A DNA stretch of 64,000 nt from Lingula anatina (Eukaryota; Animalia; Brachiopoda). The stretch lies in NCBI GenBank assembly GCA_051362555.1, contig CM120640.1, positions 42,138,788-42,202,787 of the forward strand, in the 5' to 3' direction. The notes under the pieces were generated by a model. The model made no database searches. It saw only the letters and a list, made by a program, of their open reading frames with translations, and was not told the DNA's origin. This document shows positions 1-13,061 of this stretch, piece by piece. The first letter of the stretch is position 1; each line of letters opens with the position of its first letter. The position numbers and the translations under genes are program-made.

Positions 1-507
1 AAAAATACTTCAGATCGGAGAGGTTGAATAAAAATATTGGTTTATGACTTGATTTTCTATTTCATTTTCTCTTTGCATTAGGGGTGACACTTTTTTTGTA
101 CATATTGTAGGGATTATACCTTTTACCAAAGAATATATTTTTATAGTATATTTTATATAAAAGAAACACGGAAAAAAACATTTTGCCAAATGTAGACATA
201 ACTTATCGAATGCCCTGAAAGGGTGGAATTTCGTTCTTGACAGCCGATTGTTAAAAATAAGGCTCATTTATATCTATCGATTTTTTGGCGGATATGCGTT
301 TTTTCACTTACATTTTTACTTTTGTGACTTAGCCAATTGTTACTGCTAGAAATTCATTTTTAATTTTTGCAAGTGTTACAACTTTTATTGTAATCGATAT
401 GGACTAGGTTACATGTATGAACAAAAGAATCACTTGCGTCAGAAGTAAAAGGCCAAGGCGTTATCAGCGTGCTGGGCTCCACTTGCGTTTTCGTAATCTA
501 CTTACAG

Positions 508-1874
508 AAAGACGTGTAGCTCATACCGAAAATGGAAATTGTCGGAAATTTCAGTCTACCTTGGTCTCCATGATACGGACAACCTAGCATCAGCCGTGCA
601 CAGACGCGTAGAGCGGACAATCCCTTTTCCGCGATACGACAATTCAGCCCACGATTACGATGTAGCATTGCTACAGCTGTCTGCTGCAGTGCGGTATCGT
701 GAAGAGGTTAGTCATGTCTGTCTGGCCGAAGAATCCACCGAAATAAATGATAGAGACCAGTGCTTGGTAATTGGACGTGGAACAGTGAACGTATGGCGTA
801 TGTATCCGTTCTTAGAGTACAAGTGATACAAGTGATATCGAATTAATTTTGCTATCTTATTCCTAAATTAGATGCCTTTGAATTAGAAATGTTACGTACA
901 TTTGAATAGGATGGATTATGGAAAGTGCGGTTTTGTCCTTTTATCGTGGAAGAATGAAATGAGTTAAGAATAGGACGGACGAATATAATTGGAACGCATA
1001 GAAATGTATTTGAAATTGTATCAAAGTCATAACCTATGTTGTAATTGATTTACAGCGAAATTTCCAAGTAAAATTCTAAGGGAAGCCTTCGTAGATTTTC
1101 TATCGGCAGCAGCCTGTAGAAACCAAACTCTTCATTTATCGGAAAGCATTACCGACAATATGCTGTGTGCAGCCGGAAAAGGAAGAGATGCATGTACAGT
1201 AAGACTACATGTATATATTTATAGTTATGAGTGTATCAAAACGTGACTATTGCTGAGTTTAATAACTGTTTGGTCGTGATGTAGTGAGCGGGAGACATTC
1301 AGTGAGAGACCATTAAAGGATTACGCAGTATTCCTTTCATGTAGGTCCGCCATATTTAGGTCTCGGCCTTGCTAGACCTCGGCTCTACTCGATGTGAATG
1401 CTCTCTGTGACGCCTGAGTGGTAACAGTGATTTGACCGAGCGAAGCAAAATAGATTGAAAAATTCCGCGTTTGATATACATGTATATTCATTTTTTCTTT
1501 TTCTTTACACTGTACCTTGTAACTGTTTGGTCAGGTAGAACGACAGCATACTTAAATGTAATATATAGAACAAATTTGTAAATTCCCCCTATTGTCTGTT
1601 TCTCCTATTTTTTTACATTATTTCCTCACTCATCTCCATACAAAATGATTTCATACGAAAAGGTTCTGTGGGACTGTTCATGAAATTTGGAAAAAAACCG
1701 TTTCACTAATTTCAGGGAGATTCTGGAGGTCCACTTATGTATCAAGTCACCGCTGGTCATTGGTCAGTTTGGAAACAGATAGGGGTCGTCAGCTGGGGTG
1801 TAGGGTGCGCACACTCAAGGTATCCGGGGGTCTACACAAGTATTCCGAGGTTTTATAACTGGATAATTAGAGAG
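508..1874 (+). CDS. Trypsin-like serine protease catalytic domain (three exons visible)
   Basis: DACT|GDSGGP is formed across the 1198/1716 splice and contains the catalytic Ser and the S1-pocket Asp. DVALLQL, SWGxGC and PGVYT motifs are present. The usual GWG reads GRG. Confidence 0.93.
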
Positions 1875-4800
1875 GTATGTGGACAAAAGTCTTTTTCTTT
1901 AAACTGTCACAAATCATTCAGGGGTACTGATTTATCTCTTTAGTGTTGGTTTTTATATTCTTTGCATAATGCTTTTTTAAGTAAATGTTTTTAACAGATT
2001 GATGGGGGGGGGGGGGGTTACACTGAATGTTCGGTATTGTTATTATCATTTTTACTTTGTGGTTCCTTATAACTCATTTTTTGACGGTTTTATATAATTC
2101 TTACAGGCATTTCTCAGAATCTTAGTAGAATATAATTGTGGCATTATGTTTTTCTTCATTTCAGACCAATCTGATACCGGGTAAAGTGATGGCATGATAA
2201 TTTGTTTTCAAATATTTAAATGCATGCGTCTTTTACACGCACTAAATAATGAAAGACGACCCACCAAATTAGGTTTATAAATAAGACGCCTGTTTAATTG
2301 AAGACATAAGGTTTTAAATAACTTTTACTGTATTATTTTAAGTTGTAAAGCGATCTTAATACCGAAAACGTGACATCTGTGATTTTTTCAAAATTGCATT
2401 GGCAATGCCATTGACAATCTACATGTATATGTTCTTAGTGGAAGATTTGTTGGGGTTTCTGTGAATGTTCTCTTTTAGACTGTTCCGGGTTTGGCTGTGA
2501 CCAGTACTGCAGTCAGCCAGACCCCAGGTTCCCACCCGTCTGTCACTGTCAACTTGGATACACCTTACAGCCCGACCACAAGAGTTGTGAAGGTAATATA
2601 AAACATGTAGGCTGAAACCCATTTATTATGAAGTTTTCTGTCTTTTGGCAAAGATGCAGATATTAACATTATCTTTCCGGGGTAGTTTAATGCGATTGTT
2701 ATGACGGTAAGGCTCACGATGCATTAGAAAAGGTGCGAGTGTAATCGTCTGCTTATCTGTGTGCTTTCAAAGTGAAATATCTTGATGGGTACTCTTTAAG
2801 CAGCGGAAATTATGAAATTGGACCTCTATTTACAATTCAGATATTGATGAGTGCTCGCTGGACCACGGTTGTACCGACATCTGTATCAATCAGCCTGGCA
2901 GATACGCATGCGCGTGCCATGCCAATCGAACCTTGTCAAACGATCTCCACACTTGCTCAGGTATTAAATCCTACATTATTGGTAGTATTAATTGACGTGG
3001 CATGTGAAATATATACCAACCAATCACCTGACCTCATGGGCCTATAATTCACATATTTTGCACAATTAACAAAAATAAAAAATAAAAATAAATAAATAAA
3101 TAAAAATAAAAAAGAAAGAAATTAAGATTATGATTATTTGAATTATTTGAACTTCTTAGTTCAGGATAAATCTGCAACCAGCGGCGCATCTTTATCTTGT
3201 AATAATCATTCTACAGCTGAGCTCTGCTGGACAGTATACAGCAAATGTTGTTTTGTAGATTATTAAATTTGTGTAATCTTTACTCATCATTTCAAGAGTA
3301 GCTTTGGTGCCATTTTTGTTATTAGTGTAATTAACCGACACTTATTTATTAGACAGCAGACAGTTCATCTGTCCTAAGCCACACGCCCCACTGTACGGCT
3401 TCAGCAGCTGTGACCGACCACGCTACAAAATGGCATCGAGTTGCGAAATGAAATGTCTGACGTCCGGTTTTATAATGAACGGAAATTCGATCTCTGTGTG
3501 TGGGGAACACGGCGTTTGGACACCCCCAGTTGCCACTTGTGAAGGTAATAGCTGGTTGTTTTGCCTTTGTGTCTACCCATCTACGTATGCATGCATGATG
3601 CATTAGCCTATGTGTTTTTTTACGAGCATATTTCGATGTGGTTGGTATTTGACATGCACAAATTTCTGAATAACGTTGCTTAGTATGTAACGGTATAAAG
3701 AAAGGATATATAAAGAAAGATACTTTATCCGTGTATATTTCTATTTTAGATATAGATGAATGTTCTGATAATAACGGCGGATGTGAAAGCGAGTGCTACA
3801 ACTATCCGGGAGGCTTTTCTTGCGGTTGTCAAAGGTCTGGATTTGCACTTCAGACAGATGGAAGAAGTTGTGCTGGTTTGTGTCAAATTTAACACACACC
3901 TAACACATTTGGCACATCTAACGCAAAGTTAATGCGCCATGTGCGCCTAACTGTGTTTCTCTTGAACACATTTTGTACAGAAAATAAGATTTTTTCCAAA
4001 TGCTTAAATGAATTATCTTTATAAACCCTCCTATGACGAGCAAGCTTTTAATCGGATGAACAATTGGCGCCTTAGAATGAAGTAAATCGGATGAATCAGT
4101 GTATTTTTCGGTATGGCTACGTTCAACTCGAGGTCAAGGATATCTTTCTTTACCTAAATACTCGACGTGCGCTTTAAAGTAACTACGATTGAGAGCATTT
4201 TGGTTTTAATCGAAAATGAATAAAAAACTAACAAACCAAATTTTATTTTTGAACAAAATTTTGATTTTGTGTCGCATTTCAGATGTATCACCTCCAGTTT
4301 TTACCAAATGTCCGAGTTCGTTCACCGTTAGCACAAATCTAGGCTGTAGTTATGCAACTATTCGTCTAGGTCAAGTTAACTTTTCTGACAACGTGGGAGC
4401 ACGGCTAACTTACGCCTCACATACTCAAGATGTTGTGAATGTCACGCTTGGTTCACATACAGTCCTTTATGTCGCAAGGGATGAAGCTGGTAATACTGCA
4501 GAGTGCAGTTTTCAAATAACGGTGTTAGGTAAACCACTTATTATATTTTTAAAAGTATTTTGACATGCTATCATATTACATGACTTAAGCTTACCTGCTG
4601 CTGTTTAATCTCACTTAATGTTATTAGTAGGCCTACTACTATTTTCTTGAAAAAATCTTTGATCGTTTCCTCGTTTTTCAGACTTGGAGAAACCCCAAAT
4701 CAAAAACTGCCCCACCCATGTGCACAAGTTTGCTGACACAAACTGGCAAAAGATTCACGTAACTTGGGATAATATAGAATTCCACGATAATTCTGGGAAT

Positions 4801-5320
4801 TACACTATGGTTAACAATGCACCCGTGGATAACATGTTTGCCATAGGACGCCACAATATATTGTACGAAGTAACAGACTCAAGTGGGAATTTTGCTCAAT
4901 GTGGATTCAAAGTCATCGTTAAAGGTACACATGAATTCGCTTTTATATCTCACTCTCTCTCTTTATGCAAAGTTTCTATTTCTATTACTGCCTCGCAATC
5001 AGTAGTTTTGTAAAAGTTACAGGATAATTTGTCAATGTAACCCAATGGCACGTTTGATAAGCATCTGTGGTAGGTGTCTGAAATATTAATTGTGTCGATA
5101 AAGAATTATTTCTACGTTTGTCTTGATTTCAGTTCGAAATTGCCCCATTCTTCCAACGCCTGCAAATGGACACTTGGTGTGCGATTCCTGGTTTCTGGGA
5201 CATTTTTGTGAAGTTCATTGTAATACTGGTTTTAAGCGAGTTTCAGCGGCGACTTACGTCTGTGGCATCGGCGGAAAATGGCTTCCGTCAAACACTGGCC
5301 CAGAATGCACCAGTAAATAA
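508..5320 (+). CDS. 5'-partial mosaic protein: trypsin-like S1 serine protease followed by EGF, cbEGF, CCP/sushi, cbEGF, HYR, HYR, CCP/sushi
   Basis: Phase-compatible GT-AG exons: 508-797 (YDVALLQL, catalytic Asp), 1056-1198 ([17 protein letters not shown]), 1716-1874 (GDSGGPL...[19 protein letters not shown]...WI), 2165-2180 (micro-exon), 2479-2592 (EGF), 2841-2960 (DIDEC cbEGF), 3353-3544 (CCP), 3750-3875 (DIDEC cbEGF), 4283-4528 (HYR), 4682-4924 (HYR), 5133-5320 (CCP; stop at 5318-5320, or a phase-1 donor after 5312). The catalytic His exon must lie upstream of the window. Confidence 0.85.
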
Positions 5321-7781
5321 AAACCTGTGATGTCACAAATATGTGACTTCCTTGGAGATGTGTTTGGGGAACATAATAGCCCATTCATTCTCTCTCTCTC
5401 TCTCTCTCGCTCTCTCCCCCCCCCACCCCCCCACCCCCGCCGCCCCATGGAAAGTCACGTGTGAGAATTATTTTCAGCAGAATTTTGGTACAACAGTAGG
5501 CCCTACATGTAGGTCGTAAATTTGATGAGAAAAGAAAAAATTGAAAATACCTTTTAGAAATGTTAGGAAATGCATTTGAAAATCCCTTTTCAAATTGTAC
5601 AATAGTGTGTGGTGCATACTGAACTTATAACATTATTGAACTTCATTTAATGCAAGCACCGCGAAAAATGCGGCAGCATCTACCGCCACTCTTACACGAT
5701 AACATACATGTAGGCCTACTTGTCTATATGAAATACTCTATGTGAACGCATAGTCCACTGGTCAATATTCAAATTCTTTATCGTGCCATCTATTTGCGAC
5801 TAAACTCTTTCGCATATCAGATTTTCTACCTCAAGACAAGTTATTAAATACGATTTTATCAGAATATCCGAAATCTCGGAAATTGTGTAGGTTTCTGAGG
5901 AAATCAGTAATCGATACGTTCACCGCCTATGTCCTTCTGCTATACCGTAAGGTAAATGTCTGCTATAGCCCCGAGGCGTTGTAGAAACTTGAAACACCAT
6001 GTTGAACATTCACTGGGCGCAGTTGTCTTTAATTGTATTGGCGTTTCATGTATTGAAAAGATTAATCGTATTTTATTGCTGTTAATTCAATCTTGCAATT
6101 TTAGTGGAGAAAAGCTGCGAGTGAATTCCAAAGCAATAGAATTAGAGAAACACTGAAGATTTCTATTCGTTAGATATTTGAGTAAAAAGGGAGGTGATAC
6201 GCATTTGTAAACTTGAGTATTCTTTGGAGTGATATCGTCAGAAGAGATACTCGGTATCAGCAATCTTGCATAACCGCGACGGCAGAGGGTTATGCTTCAG
6301 GTTTTTATGCTCATCGCTGTCTGTGCGTGAACTAACGTACCGCCAGGCACTTCATACCTTCTTGACCTAGCTCATCTCGGGCGGTGCCACTCCTTGCCGC
6401 AATTAGCGAACACCGCGAGAGATCATCTGAGAGATGGCTTTATGTCGGTACAATGTAAGCTTTTTTCCCTAAATTCTGACAGTTATTACATACACACCTC
6501 GTTGAGATCAACACCTGATTCAATGTCTATTCCTCGATTATAAAGGGAAGAGTGGGCTTATCACATTTCTTAGTGTGGCATTAAGTCTATTCCCCAGACT
6601 ATACATAATTGTGTTTATAGTTGGGTTTATAGTTGCGAAACACCATAGATCTCTTCTAACACCATTTTTATTGAGCTGTGCAGGTGGTGGGATTCAGCTT
6701 TCACACTCGAATGGCCATATCAGAGAATAATCAGAATTTAGCAAATTGACGTAGGACACGATTTAAAAGGCTCAAAACATCCAGAACCATCGAACGCCTA
6801 GAAAAACAATGTTTCTAGATTGACACTTTTTCGACATTCTCATTGGTCACAGTTTCCATTACAAACAGATCAGAGTCCTTAACAGGCCTATTTTTATTTA
6901 TTCATCTTGTTGTACCCCCCCCCCCCAAAAAAAAAAAAAAAAAAAAAAAGAAAAAAAGACAAACCACCAGCTTTTTGGACATGTCTTGGTGTGCTTTCGC
7001 CAAACGAATGCCTGCCGGAAATTCAGCTCACTCCGATAGAAATGAAAAAAAAAAAGAAAGAAAAATGGGGCGCTTTACTCCTCACCTGGCGAGAAATACC
7101 GTGTTTTTTACCAGGTAAGCCATGGTTTTAACATGGTTATAAACAACACTGATGGCCTAACTTTAAGTGTGAGGCACCTGACTGACCCCAGCGCTCTTCA
7201 CCTTACAGATCCTTACATGCCTTTGTGTTCCCAGGGTTAAGCGGTGGCGCCTTGTTGCTGGTAAATCTCAGAATCTCAGCCAGCAAGTGCGCACAGTGTG
7301 TCCAAGTACATCGCTATCATTGTGTGTCCGCTTATCACATTTGCAACTGCATTTTATATTTCAGTTTGCCAAAATTTGCCCAGGAGGGGATGGGGTGGAG
7401 GCTAAATGCGACAATTTTGTCTTTTTCTCGATACAGCCACCTCACCATTTTATTTTTCCTACGTATATGCTGAAACGATCACATGTGTTGACGTACTAAT
7501 TTGATATTTCCTTCGTCCTAGTGTGGTTGGATTCTAGGCTCGCTTCGCTGGTGCCCAAATCACAAAAGTGATTATAAACGTTCTGGAACATTTTAAGTAA
7601 TATCCAGTTACACGTTTATTCGCTCAGCCTTGATCCTCAGGAGATCACAATAGATAAAAAAGCATTTTCAACCTTGTGTTAGGTCGAAGCATTGTCTGCT
7701 TCTCCATTTAACTTGATCAAGCCCGTTCAAATAATTGGGTTGTGGTCACAATATTTAGGATTGATAAATTTAAACATTATA

Positions 7782-7782
<1 letters not shown>

Positions 7783-7844
<62 letters not shown>
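7783..7844. repeat. (TA)n microsatellite, about 30 units
   Basis: Seen directly. Confidence 0.95.
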
Positions 7845-7847
<3 letters not shown>

Positions 7848-10650
7848 ATTCAACTGGTTTAATGATTTTTTAGTTGACCGTCAAGTTTCATATCGTAACG
7901 TGAACGTGAACCTGCCAAAATATCATTAAGCTGAAATTACATGTATATGATTTTTATCCCTATACAGAATCTGGGCGCGAAAAATGCAAATACCAAACTT
8001 TCCTGGGCCTGTGAACAGTGTTCTAACAACCTACTTACTCTATTGAGTTCCGAACTCAAACAAACACTATTGGTATAAGTTTTGAAGCTCAGATTATTTT
8101 CCCCATGCTTAAACCATGTGAACGGACGTAAGCGTCTCTTGCATTTTAACTTCGGGGAAAATGCGTTCTTGAGCAGTGGGATTAATTTCATTATCTTAAA
8201 AGGATGTAGTATGCCTGTGAGATACAAGCCAAAGACCTACAAAGAACAAGGAAAGATTTATGAAAATGTAAAACCATGTAGGTCTACGATCATTTTAAAG
8301 TAACCAAGTAGAAATAATTCACTCTCAAAGCGCGTTGTTTCTTTTGTGGAAACATTTGTATTTTTGAGGTTGGTACATGTAGCTCGTTATCGTAAAAGCT
8401 GCCGGTACTACGGTTATTTTACCTTGGCACAAACATTGCCTTATAAGTCGTATATTTCTAACAGTCAATTTACCAGGGAATGGAAAACTACCCTGAGGAG
8501 CAATAGCCTGCTACATTTGCAATTTGATTTCATTCGAAAACACTTTTCTAAAATTGTCTTAATCGAAACTGCCACAATAAAACTATTGTGTAAAAATTCA
8601 GCAATGCGATGATTTTCGACTGTGTGGCTTCATTCAGACATCATTCAGGTCCATTTTTTATCAGTTTTAGAAAAATGTGCTTTTTGAACAATTAGCCAGT
8701 TCTTAAATATGCAGCTAAAGTCCGTGGTCACACCAAGCAATACAACACGATTCCACCGTTCTTCCGGATGCAAATTCAGTACAAAGGATAATTATCTAAA
8801 ACATTGGATCACAATAATTCTTACTCAAAACAAACATTTTATGTAAATATTGGCACAGATACTGCTTTATTAGCTGCCACGACAAAAGTAACTGATGAGT
8901 TCTTGGTAATAAACGTGCTTTTTTTTATTTACCGAACACTGTACCTAACATGTAGCCTGATATTGTTTGACAAAATGATTTATGTCAAACATGTACAAAC
9001 TGAACTCCAGCACAAAGTTACATTGCTAAAAATTCGAAGAAATGATTCTTCATAACATAGGAGAACATTTATTACCTGCTTTTCCATATTAACAAATCTA
9101 GATAATAAGAAAAAATGTAGGTTGAAACCAGGTAAGGCGCATTTGCACGAAATGACCACTAATTAAATTTGGTGTCTATCACGAAATAAGAGCCCGAGGG
9201 TCGAACTCCTTTTCTTTGATTGGACTGAAGCACCTCACGTTCATCAGTATTGATCTAAGACTGCCTCTTATACAATGCATAAATACCTGAAGATAATCTA
9301 TTGCCCTTTAAGTGTTTTTCAGGAAAAGGATCTATTTGTCAGTCAAACCCCATGGTAAAGTCAAAAGTTATTTACGAGGTCAGATAAGGAATCTTTTCCT
9401 AGCTTTTTTGTTTGTTCCCAAATTAACCCCTCGGTCATGTAAATCTAAAATAGACATTACTTAAGTGACTAATTGTCCATATCAAATAACGTAAAAACCA
9501 AAACGTCGAACGGTTTTGTTTCGTGTATGAATGTGCCAACTATATGTAATTCATCACAAAATTCACATGCTAATGTATACTGTGGACATACTAGTACACG
9601 TACAAAACGCATCGAACCCAACGATTAAATATTAAAGAGAAGAATAGTAACAGGGTGCAGGTGCATACCCTTGCCAAAGAATGTTTAAACCCAGATGCAG
9701 GCCTGGAGATACCCTACCGGTTGTGGTAATGTACGAGCGTGAACAAAGTTGGTGTTGATGAGAAATGTTTAAATGAGTGACATCGACAAATTATGACAAA
9801 ATCATCCAGTTCAGACGGAACACGCTGAATCGTCTAAAAGCCTTCTTTCTTATGTGGAATACGACCGTAAGTTTACACAATAGTTCTTCTGTCACCATCG
9901 CAGCACGACAGGTATTGCACTTAAATTACTCTTTAAAGTTAGTAAATTGCAGATAAATTGCAGTTCCGACTCTACCTCCGTTTCTCGACATTGTGATTTT
10001 ATTTCGACATGGAAACCGTTTCTATTTAAATGCGAATGCAGCTGCTCCCAGAAATCGCAAAAGCCACAGCTGTCGTTATTCAAGAAAGAAGAGATCTTTC
10101 AAAAGATGCCTGCCAGAGTTATGACAATTGTGTGAAACTCAATCATCACCTGCTTTAGCGGAATAGCAATCAGAGATTATTAAATGATTAAATGTATCAC
10201 AGTAAGGGAAATATCGCCAGTTCTTGCAGTCTGCTACGATCCACTGTCAATCGGAACTTTTTCCTCTTAGAACACAGTAAGTCCTGGTTCCATTTCTCAA
10301 TGCCTGCCTCTTGACATTTCTCATAATTCACCTTTATTAGAACATGGCACATCAATTATGAATAAACACCGCTCCTCCAAAGAAGGCGGAACAAACCAGT
10401 TCACCATGTCGGTGATGTGAAATGCAGTTCGCCATACATGCAATAGTTCGTAATCGTCAGTCGCCAGTTTGATGACTCTCATATACTTCCTAATCTTGTC
10501 CTGAAATTAAAAGATGCATCGTTGTGATATGTTTTTAGACTTCTGCAAAAGTCATAACCTTACATCTACTTCAACGACGTTTACCTTCTTTAGAAAATAC
10601 TACTATGTCTGCAGAAGTGCAATTCCATATTAACCCTAGGTAGAAAAGTA

Positions 10651-13061
10651 TTAAGAAGTCATATAAGGTGTAACTTTACTGTTTCGAAAGTCGTCCCGTC
10701 TACAGTAAAACTCTGCGATTGTAAATCCAAGTATGCAAAGGAAAACCAATGTTACAGCGCAGCACAACGAAATGACGATGGACAGCACATACGGATGCAT
10801 CCCCCCAGGTTTTTTGACCTCTTTACTTTCCAAGGTAATTTTGATGGCGCTCTCTGTACTGTTTGTTTGGCGACTGTAGTTGTAAGTGTACATCACAGTA
10901 GCACTGTCTGTCACGCCCAGTCCCTTTTTCATAACACATGAAAAATCCGTTAGATTGCAACACGATGAACAACTGGCGAGAAGTGATGTCGAATTCATCC
11001 CTAACGGTACCCAAAATGATCCATTTTCTCCGTTGTCGTGGAGCATTGCAAAGAACCCAAGGGTCGAGTTCATCGTTATACGATGCCAGCCATGCTCAAC
11101 TTGCATCACAGCCGTGGAAAAATTCTGCCTATTTCCCTGACATATTTCCCATGAAATCCCAGTTTGGACAAGAGGCAATGTGTCAACAAATAAATTCCCT
11201 TTCAGTTCTTCGGGAACGGCAATATAAAGAGAATAATTGTTTGGTGAGGAACTCGGAGTTGCGTAAACATAGCTGTTACTATAGAGATTTATCGGCATGA
11301 GGATGTTAGACAAAGGTCTTTCAGTCGGCATATGTTGCATGGTGATCTGTACTGACGCGATGGGCGATACGGACTCTATCCAGATGGATTTGCCTTGCTG
11401 TAAATGCGTGTCTCTAAAATCGCTTTTTTCTAGAGCAAAGGCTTCCAACTTGCCTTCCGTTGTTCTAATGTATATATCAGCATTGTCCTCGATTGCTGAA
11501 AGACAATATGGTTCAGTTTTACTCTGGATCTGTATACGAATAGCGCGGTTTTGTAAATGATGCCGGACAAAAGCCGCTCTCTCTGGCTTAATGACTATAT
11601 GTTACTTGTAGGAAATGGTAAAACGGTTACTGATGGTGTTATGCACAATAGTTTCTTAACGTGAATTTTACAATCCCTTGTTCTGTAAAAGCTGCACAAC
11701 CATACATTCTTACATAATGGTGAAACCGCACAAAAAAAGAACACGTGCAATTTCCCCTTACTTAGGCTGCCTTCATTAAGAAAAATGACTAATATGTTAT
11801 CGAGGTGCCTAGATGTTGAAAAAAATCTGAATCTGAATTTTCATTCCTCCCTTTCTCCTGTTAACTTATACTAAACTAGTTATTCAAACAATATGCATGG
11901 TACCTTTACCGTTTTACTTACCTACTACTCTAATGATGACACTAGTGTTTGCCACAGGAATTGTCATGAACTCTGTACCCCAACTGCATGAAGGAAGTAG
12001 TTGATCCACCATCACCGAATTCATTGTATATACTCCGCGATCAGGAATAAATTCTCCAAAACCCGCCAGCACAGTGATAGGTTTACTGGCTTTTATGAAG
12101 GTACCAGTCAAATCGTCAGAACTTCGAATCTGTAATGTCTCATAAGAGTTAAGTGTCTCAGAGATACAGTCTCCTTCTTTATATATTTCATTTTTGTACA
12201 CAATAGAAATATTTCTGTTTGTGGGAAGCTCAAATTTTATGTCAGTTTTGTCTGAGATCGCCACGACACCAATGATGGCCATGCCATTTATGCTGTATAG
12301 ATATGACACGACGCAATAGTTTGAGTTAATTGCGTCAGTTGGCAACGCAAAGTAAGAGGTTCCACTTGAACTACAGATTGATCTCACGTGTAGAACGATT
12401 ACTTCTGACGATTGCACTGAAATAGCTGGAAGAAGATTGATATATTATACATCTGACTCAGAGAAGCATGCGACGCGCTAAATTCTGTTTCTGCTGGTTT
12501 TAAGATGAATAGAAGGCCGTTCTATTGTATTTCACCTCCGAAACAGTCTCCCTTTCTTTTGGATATATTAATATAAAAGGGAAGAAAAATACTCAATTTT
12601 ATCTCTGTTACCAAATTTGTGAGATGTTAATGGCAAAGAGTTTTAAGAGGAAAAAAATATCGGTAGGGGATACACAGTTTTGTACAGCAACGCTTATATC
12701 CAACAAAATTAATACATTTTTACACTACACTTGAAATCAGAAACCTCGTAAGAAAATGGTGATGGAATACACAACCAAACTCACGCACGTACTTTCCGTT
12801 TTAAATTGTATTGCGCCAATAACTACTAGTCCATACCTTTTCTTTCTCTGCTACTCCCTGTCATATGGAAAGATATTGGTACAGGCACGCGTATTAGGCT
12901 CCCTCCTGTCCCCACGCCTTCATGTATCACAGCGGTCTTCGAGGACACGTTCACCGTCAGTGTAGTATTCACCTGGGGAGTAATCCACAGCTCCAAGCTG
13001 CAGCTTGCATGCGCCTCCAAGAACCCAACGATGAAATGTGTGCCGCGGGAGCTAGTCTCGC
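10651..13061 (-). CDS. 5'-partial type I membrane protein with an IgGFc-binding N-terminal-like domain, a C-terminal TM helix and a short cytoplasmic tail (about 523 aa visible)
   Basis: Exons 13061-12837, 12425-11922 and 11495-10651, joined in phase 1. Motifs SRGTHFIVGF, YFALPTDAINSNYCVVSY, LNSYETLQIRSSDDLTGTFIKASKPITVLAG and MVDQLLPSCSWGTEFMTIP match my recollection of the FCGBP N-terminal domain. Hydrophobic YVLSIVISLCCAVTLVFLCILGFTIA lies near the end. No signal-peptide exon was identified. Confidence 0.85.

Noticed and set aside
5821-5985. Further exon of the protease gene after the possible donor at 5312
   Set aside because: It is open in a compatible phase, but the acceptor is weak and there is no recognisable domain. 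The stop at 5318-5320 overlapping AATAAA is an adequate alternative.
6843-7131. Poly-Pro/poly-Lys ORFs
   Set aside because: These are translations of C and A homopolymer runs.
10322-10501. Alternative last exon of the IgGFc-domain gene (about 60 open codons after tttcag)
   Set aside because: No phase-compatible donor or homology was found; it is more simply 3' UTR.
10823-11560. Several ORFs overlapping the IgGFc-domain exon
   Set aside because: They are antisense or off-frame shadows of the real exon.
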